From assembly GCF_004010195.1 (NCBI RefSeq), contig NW_025214993.1, positions 1 through 49,914 on the forward strand: DNA of 49,914 nt, written 5' to 3'. Source of the stretch: Chiloscyllium plagiosum (taxonomy: Eukaryota). Both the position numbers and the translations under genes were made by a program. Below are positions 1 through 11,039 of this stretch, one piece after another. Within the stretch, counting starts at the first letter, position 1. Each line of letters starts with the position of its first letter. The notes beneath the pieces were generated by a model. That model had not been told where the DNA came from, made no database searches, and was given only the letters and a program-made list of their open reading frames with translations.

Positions 1-728
1 CAGGGAGTGTTGCTGAACAAAGAGACCTTGGAGAGCAGGTTCACAGCTCCTTGAAAGGTGAGTCGCAGATAGATAGGATAGTGAAGAAGGCGTTTCCTTT
101 AGTGATGGGAGTATTGAGTACATGAGTTGTAAGATCATGTTGTGGCTGTATAGGACACTGGTTAGGCCAGTGTTGAAATATTGCGTGCAATTCTGGTCTC
201 CTTCCTATCGGAAAGATGTTGTGAAACTTGAAAGGGTTCAGAAAAGATTTCAAGGATGTTGCCAGCGTTGGAGGATTTGAGCTATAGAGAGAGGCTGAAC
301 AGACTGGGGCTGTTTTCCCTGGAGTGTCGGAGGCTGAGGGTTGACATTATCGAGGCTTCCAAAATTATGAGGGGCATGGATAGGGTAAATAGGTAAAGTC
401 TTTTCCCTGGGGTCGGGGAGTCAGAGCGAGAGGGTATAGGTTTACGGTGAGAGGGGAAAGATATAATAGAGAACTACGGGGCAACTATTTCACACAGACC
501 GTGGTACGTGTATGGAATGAACTGCCAGGTGATGTCAGGGAGGCTGATACAAGTGCAACATTTAAGAGGCATTTGGATGGGTAAATGAATAAGAAGGGTT
601 TGGAGTGTTCTGGGCCAGGTGCTGGCTGGTGGGACTAGATTGGTTTGGGATATCTGGTCGGCATGGATGGGTTGGACCGAAGGGACTGTTTCCATGCTGT
701 ACATCTCCATGACTCTATGATTCTATGA
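1..728 (+). mobile_element. CR1-clade LINE (HER1-like) 3' fragment: RT C-terminus, 3'UTR and (GACTCTAT)n-like tail
   Basis: Encodes LVRPVLKYCVQFWSPSYRKDVVKLERVQKRFxRMLP, the typical CR1 RT C-terminus; ends GGACCGAAGGGACTGTTTCCATGCTGTA...ATGACTCTATGATTCTATGACT. Confidence 0.9.
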
Positions 729-1493
729 CTTATATTAATCTCTATTTTTTGGTGCACCATGCTGGTGAGAAAGTCCAAAGGGATATTCTCTATGATGAGC
801 ATACAAAGTCTCAACAGACCCGGGGAGTTTTCAGAATTACAACACAACATAATATTTTTCCTAGCATAGAAAGTAAGGATATACTTTTTATTCAAATGTG
901 CATCGCGTAAGATACTCTGGGCAGGCCCAGGAAAAGAAAAACCGGGTCCATCTCCAATTCGGTCCCCAAGACCCATTTTACCACACCTAACGCAGTGCTC
1001 CAATATATACGAAGCCTGCAGCAGGTCCACATGCAATAAGTAAGAGAGTCTGTATTCATTCTGCATTTAGGACACGCTGAAGATAATTCCACTTTGAATT
1101 TTGAGAGAAAATCTGGGGTCAGATAGTACCTATGAAGATTTTTCAACTGCATGGAATGGGTTCTATTACAGATCAAAATCCTTCGAACATTTTCACAAAT
1201 ATCCTCGAATGTTTCCGAAAAGATCTAAATCCCCAACTCTCTCGCACAGACGTCACGAAGCTGCACAGTCTTTTCTGCGGGAACACTCTCCAACAAATGG
1301 TAAAGGGTACTGACAGAGAGTGTATTCTTTACAATAATCACCTGCTTCTCTGTAATGGATCTATCAGTGTCTTTTAAAATTGTGTTTTTAAATCAAATCT
1401 CTAATCTGAAAAAAACAGAAGAAGTCTCTACAAGGTAGTCCATGCTTACGAGTTATTTGATCAAACGTTATCATTGTTTCTCCTTCTTGTAAC

Positions 1494-1810
1494 ACGTGGT
1501 GGCTCGGTGATTTGCACTGCTGACTCACCGCACCAGGGTCATGGGTTTGGTTCCAGCCTTGGGTGACTGGCTGTGTGGAGTTAGTATATTCTGCGTAGGT
1601 TTCCTCCCACAGTCACGAACATGTGCATGTTAGATGACTTGGCCATTGCTCAATCGCTCATAGTGTTCCAGGATCTGTAAGTTGGGGCATTAATCAGGGT
1701 AAATATAAGATGGTAGGGGAATGGCTGTGCGTGGGTTACTCTTCAGAGGATCGAAGTGGACTTGCTGGGCCCAAGGACCTGTTTCCACACTGTAGGGATA
1801 CTATAATTCT
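1494..1810 (+). mobile_element. HE1-like tRNA-derived SINE inserted in the L1
   Basis: A-box TGGCTCGGTGATTTGCAC, B-box GGTTTGGTTCC, HER1-like 3' end CCTGTTTCCACACTGTAGGGA; the L1 reading frame (CLGDL/LQEG) resumes across it. Confidence 0.85.
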
Positions 1811-3920
1811 AAATCACCCAAACAAGGTATTCCCCTCGCTGACCACAGTTTAAACCTGGAATACATTATCCCGGTATACCAATTATAGGGGTAAGAAACA
1901 TGGTTTTGGCTGTATTGCCTCGATCTGACGGATTGTCCTTCAAGATTTAAAAGTATTGATAATCATTATTTTATGACAATATTCCATAAATGTTGTCATT
2001 TTATCTAAGAACAACAGACTAATAAGGGTTCACTTTGTCTGAGGGGGCTCAATGTCTAGCCATATTGATGCCGAGACCTTAGCGGCCCAGGCACAAACAT
2101 AGGATGAAAAAAAACTTAATTGCTTGCTTTTAATCGGGGAGATCTATTCCTCACAATCTGTGGGGCAGTTGCAATTTTGTTAGCTAGATAAAGAATCGCT
2201 TATGGTGCCAAATAAAAGAGCTAAACCAGCCATTATGTTTCCGAAATATCTGTCTGGGAAACATCATAGAAAGCATTTGAACTGGGTGTAGGAAATGAGG
2301 AAGGACATTCATTTTAATAACAGCTATCTGACCGAGCCAGGATATTGGAAATGCCTCCCATCTTTGAAGGTCTTGTTTAATTTTGTCAAACAAATGGACA
2401 TAGTTCACGTTAAATGCATGATCAAAGACAAATGTAATGAAGATACTGAAATGGGGAAACGACCCCCGTGACCATTTAAAAGGAATCCAGGATTTGCCCT
2501 GAATATCAGGTATTTCCCTAAGACCTCCCGTAGGCATGGCCTCCAACTTTGTAAAATTAATCTTATAGCCCGGAAAGGCAACAAGCGAATCAATGCATCG
2601 CATCACATGAACTACCGAAATTGCGGTATTTGACAAAAACATAAGACCCTAATCTGCATCTTTCGTGACTTCGATCCCACGTCTCGGGCAGATATGTTGG
2701 CATCCCTACGAATGGTCTCCGCCAGTGGCTCAATCCCCAACGTAAACAACAATGGTGAATGGTATCAACCTTGTCGGCTGCCTGGAAAAATATTAATATT
2801 ACTGATTAGTGAGAACTGCAGCCAGAGAATCGCGGTAAATGACCCTCACCCACTTGATAAAAACTTTGCATACACCAAACCATTCTAATGTGCAGAAGAG
2901 ATCCGGCCACTTAACCCAATCAAATGACTTCTCTCATCTAAAGAGATCAATAATCCCTGGACAGATTCTTGTTGACACTATTGGATCATATTGAGTAAAT
3001 TCTGAACATTGTGGGAAGATCTGCGGCCCTTTATGAAACCGGTTTGGTCCTCTTTGGTAACGGAAGGCAGCAAAGATTCCATCTTAATGCACGGATCCCA
3101 GACAGGATTTTGAGACCAACATTTAAAAATGAGATTGGCGTGTAAGAAGCACCATCTTCCGGGGTTTTCCTTTCTTCAGCATCAGAGAGATATGAGCCTC
3201 TATTAAGGATGGAGGGAGGGGTTCCTGACTGTATGAGTGACAGAACACGTTAAACATCAGCCCTGACAATAGGTTTATAAATTATTTATAAAGTTCACTG
3301 GGAAATCCGTCAGGAACGTGTACCTTTTCATTCTGAAGCTGCTTCACAACCTCCTGTGCTGACAATGGTGCATTAAGGCTCAACACTTCTTCAGGGATTA
3401 CTCCTGGAAGGCCCAGGTTCTTGAAAAATGACTCCATCTTAATCCATCTATCCTCGAAATGTTCATTATGAAATAATTCGATGAAAAATCTCAGACAGGA
3501 GACATTAATCTTTTGGAATTGAAGGTAAGGATCCCATTACCTTTCCTAATTGACGTAATGGCTGAAGAGGGGCGCTCGTTTTCCTGACAAGATAGAATAA
3601 ATACATGCCTGGCAAATCACCAGGTTCAAACAGTATTTGTTTTGCAAAAGTAAGTTCCTTCTTGGCTGTCTGTGTGAGCGTGGAATTCACTGTAGACCGA
3701 AGCGTTGTAATCCTCTGCAGCTTAGCCACTGAGCGACAATCACAGTATGCACTCTCGGCTGCACTCAGCTTTGCCTCAAACCAGCGTTCCTGCTCCCCCT
3801 TCTGCTACATCATAAGGAATAATTATACCCTTGGCATACGCCTTAGCAATTTCCCATAGAGTGGATGAGTTATTGTTTGAATCTGAATTAATGACTAAGA
3901 AAGATCTGATTTCGTTGTCG

Positions 3921-4187
3921 TGGTCAGCTCAGTGGCACAATGGTTAGCACTGCTGCCCCACAGTCCCGGGTTCAATTCCTGACTCCTCTGACTGTCTGTG
4001 TGGAGTTAACGCATTCTTTCTGTGTCTGCGTGGGTTTGCTCCCACACTCCAAAACTGTGCAGGTTAGGTAAGTTGGCTATGCTAAATTGCGTGTAGTGTT
4101 AGGTGAAGGAGCAAATGTCGTGGGTGGATCGGTGGGGACGTTTTGGGCCGAAGGGCCTGTTTCTACACTGTAATTAATCTAATCTAA
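3921..4187 (+). mobile_element. HE1-like SINE inserted in the L1
   Basis: GTGGCACAATGGTTAGCACTGCTGCC...GGTTCAATTCC; tail GGGCCGAAGGGCCTGTTTCTACACTGTAATTAATCTAATCTAA. Confidence 0.88.
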
Positions 4188-5212
4188 CTACTCAATTAAC
4201 CAACTGGTCTTAAGAATAAAGGGATACATTCGCAAGTGTCTCAAAACTATTATATTGCACTTAACGATAATCAATAAGTATACGGCTTCATGGTCAGAAA
4301 TGGCAATATTCCCAATTGTGCAGGATGCCATCGAATCTAAGGTTGTTGCAGGAATGGGGATGGAATCAGCCCTCGTGTGGCATTTATGCCGGTTAAAGAA
4401 GAAAATAAAATCCCTGCTTGTGATGTGGATCTACCACCAGACATCCACCAGCTCTCGTTCTGCACACGTATCCACTAATTGCTTACATTATAACGAGGGT
4501 ATTGGGGCACCTTTCGACATTCTGTCCACCATGGGGTCCATAAGACTTTTGAAAACAACTACACAAACTAAGGCTACTACAACTGCCTTCTCTCAAAACT
4601 TTCCAAAACTAAGCACTTTAAGTAAATGGCTGGGATGGAGTGGGTTAGGGAACCACTTTGCCCGTGCTGTGATGCCGAGCCCAACAAAGCAGACCTTCCA
4701 GATCGCCACCATCTGGGATTTCCCCTTAATATTTTATCGATATTGTCATTTCATTTTGCATTGTATTCCTGGATGTGCTGGAGCAGTGTGATTTTGTACC
4801 ACTGCCAGCATTTCCCCAACATTGCACATTCCTGCCATTCCGCGATAATTCTTGACTCCGTTATTCTTTATGCACCTTCTGTCTGTGCCTCAAACTTATT
4901 CAATATCTTTGCCTCCAATGCTCTGCAGGGAAGAGTGTTCCAAATACTCTCACCATTGAGAAAACAAAAAATAACTTCATGTGTGTGTGAGATTACTTCT
5001 GTCTCCTTACCTGAGAAAGGATATATTAAGTTGGAAGCAGTTCAGAGATGTTTCACTTCATGTATTCAGGAATGAGGGTCTTACATTATGGAGGCTTTAA
5101 CAGATTACTCTTGGAATCAGAGGTGATCTTATTGAAAGATACAAAGCCTAGAGGAGAGTGGATCAGAAAGATACCCACTGGGTGTTTGTATCGTCCAAAC
5201 TTCTTGTTGTTT

Positions 5213-5570
5213 TTATAGAATCTCTACAGTGTGGAAGCAGGACATTCCGTCTATCATGTCCACATTGACCCTCGGAACAGTATCCCGCCCGGTCCTGCCC
5301 CCCTACTCTATCCATGTAACCCTACACTTCCCATGACGAACCTATCTAACCTATACATCTCTGGGCACTATGGGCAATTTAGCATTGCCAATCCGCCCAA
5401 AGCTGCATATCTATGGACGATGGGAGGAAACTAGAACACTGGGAGGAAATCCACACAGATATGGGGAGAATGTTCAAAATCCATATTGAGGGTTGCCCGA
5501 GGTTGGAACTGAACGCAGCTACTTGGTGACGGGAGGTATCAGTGCTAACCACAGATCCACCATGCGCATC
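5213..5570 (-). mobile_element. HE1-like SINE
   Basis: Reverse complement of the SINE body (CTACAGTGTGGAAGCAGG...GTGCTAACCAC). Confidence 0.8.
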
Positions 5571-6319
5571 CGTTAGTTTTATTAGTTACTTGTGGCTAAC
5601 TAAATAAATCTGCCTGACTTGTTCCTGTCACTGATCCTGACTCAGTCTGAGAACTTTATCAACGGCCATATCACCAACCTGGTTACATTTAAAATTTAAT
5701 GTGAGCAGTGGAGGAATGGGACGAGAAAAGGAAACGGTGACACCCTCCAACATCCATCAGAGCAGGAATTAGGATAAATCCACAAAGTGGGATTTCAGTC
5801 AAGTGGGAATTCTCTTTCCCAGAAGTTTGGGGTGGCTGGACCTTTATATTATATTGAAGCTGGCTTTGTCTGATTTTCCATGGACAGGTGAATCAGGGAT
5901 AATGGTACATGGAAAGAAAAGTGCAGCTGGGAACACAATGAGATGAGCCATGACCTTATTTACTGGTGGGGTAGTGTGAAAGGGCCGAATGGCCCACATG
6001 TGTCCCTCAGCCCTATGTTCTGATGTTCCATTCAGGAGCAGATCGAGGCCACTCCGATGGTTAGGTGTAGCTTTGGAAATGTACTTGGAAAATCCAGGCT
6101 GGATCAGGAAATGACTACCACCCCCACCCCCCAGTCCCTGTTTCCAGGCTTCCCCTCTCTGTAACGTCTGCTCCAGATGTAGGTCATGTTACGCTGGGAA
6201 TACAGCCACATACCCCACGCAGGGTTAAAAAAACAAATCCTCTGATCTCCCTGAATGCAACATTGTACAATACGATTTCCAGCAAAATAACCCGTTACTT
6301 TCCAAAAGCATAACATATG

Positions 6320-7260
6320 AAATTAATAAATAGGAACAGGAGTAGGTCAATCGGCCCCTCAAGCTAACCCTGTCATTTAATAAGATCATGGCTGATCTAC
6401 TCCAGGGCTCAACTCCACTCTCTTGCCGACTCCTTGTATCCCTCCACACCCCTCTGAGTTAGGGAATTCCAGACATTCACTACCTTCGGAGAGAAGACAT
6501 TAATCTACATCTCAGATTGAAATCGATGTTCCTTATACGGTATCTATATCATCGAGTTCAACACTTTGCTCAAGAATGGAAAAAACGTCTCAACATCTAC
6601 CTTCTCCAACCCCTTCTGTGTCTTGTAGGTTTCAACATTATCACTCCTCATTCATTTAAACCCCAATTAATTATCGCCTCATAGAGATTCTCAATAACAC
6701 AACCCTTTCTTCCCAGGAAACCTCCTAATGTACCAACCAAGTTACTTGCTGCATCAGCATGCTGACTTTATTTTTCATACACAGGAAGACTTCAATGCCT
6801 TTACTGTTCCTTTTCTCGAAGTCTTCTCCATTAAGTAACAGCCTGGCTTTTGATTCTCAGTGTCATCCTCAAACTCGGATGTATATTGCACTCAACTCCC
6901 TCTTTCAGGCTGTCAGCATAGATTGTAAATAACTGATGCCATCAGACTGATAGTTGTGGTACTCCAGCAGATACACCTTTACCACAAAGATGCATTAGCC
7001 CTGACTCTCCGATTTCTGTGTTAACCAGTCATCATCCCATGTTAATACAGTATCCGACGTCCTGGAGCTCTGTTTTGTGTAAGAACCTTTGTTTTGTAAT
7101 ACCTTGTGGAAAATCTCTCGTGTCTACCAGATCCCCTTTATCAAGTCCGTTGTTACATTCTCAGGCATCTCCAGAAATACTTTGCATGATTTTACAGGGC
7201 AAAATATCATTTCCCTTTCACAAAACCACCCTGACTCTGCGTGAAGCTTTTCTAAATGTC
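6320..7260 (-). mobile_element. Degenerate CR1-clade LINE 3' fragments
   Basis: AGGAACAGGAGTAGGTCAATCGGCCCCTCAAG...AAGATCATGGCTGATC 3'UTR plus decayed RT sequence. Confidence 0.65.
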
Positions 7261-7780
7261 CATGCTTGCCAGGTATTCAAAACTATACTAGTCCTATTTG
7301 TTTTCATTAGGTCCATGTGCCTCTAAATGTTTCCCATTCATATGTTTGTCCAAATGAGTTTTAAATTTTGTGGCTGTCCTTGCATCTCCCACTCTTCCTC
7401 TTGAAGCTCATTCCATACCCACACCGCCATCTGTGCAAAGATGCTGCCCCTTACTCCCTTTTAAATCTACCCTATTTCACCTTGAACCTATTCCCTCTAT
7501 GTTTGGATACCCCTACCCTTTGGAAAAGACCTTGGCTATTCATCCTATCCATATCTCTTATGATTTTATAAGTTTCTATAATGTCACTCCTCAACATCTT
7601 ACACTCCATCTGATGCTAACTTCAAGAACAACCGTTTAAAGATAAGCACTGCAACATTGAAAAAATATTAAAAATGAGAGGTAACCAACACTCAGCCCAA
7701 ACGTCATGCTGTGATTTATTTTTCTCCATATTACAATACTAAGGCAGCAGGAAACGCTTACTAGTGCCAATAAGAAGTCA

Positions 7781-7908
7781 GGGAGAAAGTGAGGTCTGCA
7801 GATGCTGGAGATCAAAGTTGAAACTTTATTGCTGGAACAGCACAGCAGGTCAGGCAGCATCCAGGGAACAGGAGATTCGACGTTTCGGGCACAGGCCCTT
7901 CTTCAGGA
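7781..7908 (-). mobile_element. 128-bp Penelope-derived short element with 14-bp TSD (CCAATAAGAAGTCA at 7767-7780 and 7909-7922)
   Basis: Exact direct repeat on both flanks; the paralog at 47818-47831 has a single CCAATAAGAGGTCA (empty site). Confidence 0.88.
7877..7908 (-). ncRNA. Minimal type-I hammerhead ribozyme core (PLE-type)
   Basis: Minus strand: TC-CTGAAGA-A-GGGC-CTGT-GCCC-GAAAC-GTC-GA, giving CUGANGA, stem II, GAAA, palindromic ACGU stem III and a GUC cleavage triplet; stem I is only 2 bp. Confidence 0.72.
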
Positions 7909-8241
7909 CCAATAAGAAGTCAAACACCTGAATTCCTTTATCTAAAGGGGGTGATGATGACGACAGTGAAAACGTATATGTGGCCAAATCTATATAATAC
8001 CACATGGTCAACATTCTCCCTCCTGGCCTCCGTTTAACTTTGTGTGGTTGTGTCTTTGTTATCTTGCATTCACTAGAGAGAACTCATTTCCCCCATTCAC
8101 ACCTTAAATTCAACCCATTGTACAGAATCTTTTCGTTCACCACTGCTAAAAGCCCGTTTTTCTTTTGCCACACCCTCTTTTCGCTGCCACCCATCCTCCA
8201 TATCTGGCAAGTGATGAAAAGACCATTTTGCAATTGTATTC

Positions 8242-8335
8242 AGTTTTGAAGAATTGTCACACTGGACTGGAAACGCTAACTCTGTTTCTCTTTATCTGCA
8301 GATGTTGACAGACCTGCTGAGTTTCTCCAGAAATG
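8242..8335 (+). mobile_element. Penelope 3'-terminal repeat remnant with mutated hammerhead core
   Basis: AGTT-TTGAAGA-...GGACTG-GAAAC-GCT-AACTCTG...CAGATGTTGACAGACCTGCTGAGTTTCTCCAG. Confidence 0.65.
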
Positions 8336-9589
8336 AATAGGCGCAGAACAATTTTTCAATTAAATAAATAATTATGGATACTGGAAATAAAAATAAAAAA
8401 CCTTTATAGAAGGTTCACTGGACCTGAAAGTTTAACTCTGCATTCACTCCAGAAAATTCTGCAACATCTTTAGCAATTTCTTCAGCAATTTCTGATTATG
8501 AACAATTACCAACGACAATTGTCAAAGATGCCCAAACGTCCTGTCCAACATGGAGTGTCGTACACTGGGAACTGAACAGTAACGCATGGTGATAAGCTCC
8601 GTGACTCTGAAACTGCATAAGGCTGGCATCACTGATAATACTGCAGAGCTCTGAATCATGGTCAGGGAGAAAAATAGAAGGAAACACTTTCACTTCAAAT
8701 ACAGAAGATGGCATTACTGAAAGGAAAAGATTCAGATTAGTACCTTAAATTGATATTGTTTATGAAACAAATTAGAGGCGTGCCGCCAAGGAAAGACTTC
8801 CAGCAGAATGAGAATATGAAAACGGAAGTATTTCCCCATCAGAAACCAGAGCAGATCACTGAATACAGGGCTGATGGGTGAATGGGTCTCGCTGCGAACT
8901 GCGGTGGGGGGGGGGCGGGGGGGTGGGGGGAGGTGGCTCATGCAGAGTTATAACCTCTACTCTCAATTCTAACACTGAGCAAACTGTGTTTTCACATTCT
9001 TCAGCCCAAGTGTAAAGATTTACGTACAAGATGAGATTTCAAACTCAAAAGGTGGTGCTGCTGAATGTGCAATTTTTGTCTGATGCCATTTGTTTCCTTA
9101 ATTCCTTTCCACTGAATGAAATCTCTGCAGTGATGAGTTGAGTGTTGATGGAAGCAGTTTCTATTTATGAAAGTAGGCAGCAGCCTCTGAAGCAATTTTA
9201 ATTTAGCACAACATTGTTTTTTTTTTTAACATGCTGCTTTTCCTTGGCCTTTGTATGTTTAGTGGTAAAAGAAGGGGTGACAACAGCTCAAACTGTCAGA
9301 GGACAAGTGCCTGTTACATTTTGACTGCCTGTTTTAATAAAAAGAAAATCGACAGTGAAAATCACAGGGAACCCAAGGCATTGTCACAGTGAAGGTGGGA
9401 TCAATCATGTTACAGCATTGACAAAATGCACATTACAACAGAACAACCTGTATACGGGGAATTGAGGACAAGAGTCAGGATGTCATGTTGCAGCTTTATA
9501 AGGCCTTCGTTAGGCCACACTTAGACTATTGCATTCAATTCTGGTTGCCACATTACAGCAAAGATGTGGAAGTTTCAGAGAGGTTGCAG

Positions 9590-9970
9590 GAATTGTCATT
9601 GGATTGCTAATCCAGACCAGGATAATTCTCTGGCAACTGGTGCAAGTTAAAAACAATTAATAAAATATCGAGATCTCATACCTGGTGTCAGTAATAGTGA
9701 TCGTGTATTCGATGTCGATTATAGATGTTGATCTCCTTCCCCAGCGTACTTTCAGGATGTGAATCCCCTGTGCTTTCCTGTCTGGCCTAAAAGTCACTCC
9801 GGACATGTGATACACTCTTCAATGGTCTCTGAAGCAGGCAGGCAAGGCAAACTGCTCCGAGGTCTTAAATGATAAACCCGGAGAGAACACCCGGCACCAG
9901 CCTCGTTATCAGAAAAGGGAACGGGAAACACAATCCTGTCGACCTTGCAGAGACCTCCTTCCTAACAGCT
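9590..9970 (+). mobile_element. Degenerate shark SINE-like repeat (second family)
   Basis: Contains TCTGGCCTAAAAGTCACTCCGGAC...ACTCTTCAATGGTCTCTGA; the same family occurs inverted at 17490-17820, 19190-19490 and 35540-35700. Confidence 0.55.
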
Positions 9971-9975
9971 GAGAA

Positions 9976-10264
9976 CTTGTGACAACATTTACAGAGGTTT
10001 CCCACACACTGCACAGAATCATCGGGAAAGAAATACGTCACACAACTCATTGAGCTTTCCTTATTCTAGCTAATGACCGAATATCTCTTCAACGCAGTTT
10101 TCCCCATACAATATACATATGCTTGTGACAACATTTACAGAGCTTTCCCACACACTGCACAGAATCATCGGGAAAGAAATACGTCACACAACTCATTGAG
10201 CTTTCCCTATTCTAGCTAATGACCTAATCTCCTCAACGCAGTTTTCCCCATACAATATACATAT
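9976..10264. repeat. Tandem duplication of a ~146-bp unit (9976-10121, 10122-10264)
   Basis: CTTGTGACAACATTTACAGAG...CCCCATACAATATACATAT occurs twice, head to tail, with few differences. Confidence 0.95.
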
Positions 10265-11039
10265 CCCTTAATATGTTTAAACATTGTGAAACATAAAATG
10301 AGAACTGCTGTAGTCCATTCAGCCCATCAGTTTTGCGCCTCCATTCTATGTACAGGCAGTTCACTGATAACGCGTGTTGATTAAATACATTTTGGCTGCA
10401 ATGCAATTCATGAACCTTTTTCGAGAAAGTGAACTGGCGTTCACTGTGACGCGATTCCTTGTCGGGCACCAGCTGAACAGCAAATCCTGCCTCAGAAACC
10501 CTCTATCTACAAAAGGTACAATCAATGTGTTCATCAAAAACAGGAATGTAATCGGCTCTGCAGGCCTTGAAACTGAGCCTGAAACTGCGAATTGTAGTCT
10601 ATATTTCGAAAGAACTTTATTTCAAACTGTGGGCAGAATCTTGCAGAGAACTGGAATTCGGCATCGGCATCACATGGTCAGTCAGCCCCCGCGCGCTTTC
10701 TGGTGAAGATTGTGGTGAAAGGTACGGTGCACCAGTGTGTGACTGTAGTGTGAAAGCGTTACATTTACAGCACTGTTCCATTACAACGTGTAATTTAAAG
10801 ATTTATTTAGACTGTTCTACTGTGTGTTAGATCAACTTTAATTTTTGGTTTTTACTGATATTTTGGGGGGTTCGCCACTTACCCTCTTTTTTCCATAGAC
10901 CCCATTATTAATATTGCACGATTTTGTACAACACAGTGTAGCACAGGAACACAATTATTGCGTTATTGGAGAACAACCTTCAATGATAGCTGATTTTCTA
11001 TCTTCACACCATACTCCTGCTCTCCCCCATCCCTTTAGT

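Larger units (their letters stand above)
729..4555 (-). mobile_element. 5'-truncated, decayed L1-clade LINE ORF2 (endonuclease C-half, RT, C-terminal Cys-rich domain), interrupted by two SINEs
   Basis: Minus-strand pieces: ELVDVWxxIH...IGNIAISDHEAV (EN end); FPGYKINFTKLEAM and RWEAFPISWLGQIAVIKMNVLPHFL (L1 RT/thumb); LHRYYLTP...CPKC...LTYCMWTC..LRIYW (L1 C-terminal knuckle). Many stops and frameshifts. Confidence 0.88.
7289..8460. repeat. Segmental duplication copy A (paralogous to 47340-47900 and 49510-49914)
   Basis: Shared non-TE junction sequence, e.g. TTTAAAGATAAGCACTGCAA, TACAATACTAAGGCAGCAGGAAAC and AGAAATGAATAGGCxCAGAACAA. Confidence 0.85.

Noticed and set aside
8903..8936. G-rich tract with G-quadruplex potential
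   Set aside because: Low-complexity poly-G with no functional context visible.
10932..10959. RSS-like CACAGTG-12 bp-ACAATTATT next to a splice donor (J-segment-like layout on minus)
   Set aside because: The nonamer is poor, there is no FGxG/WGxG motif, and no V, D or C segments are present; other CACAGTG sites lack nonamers.
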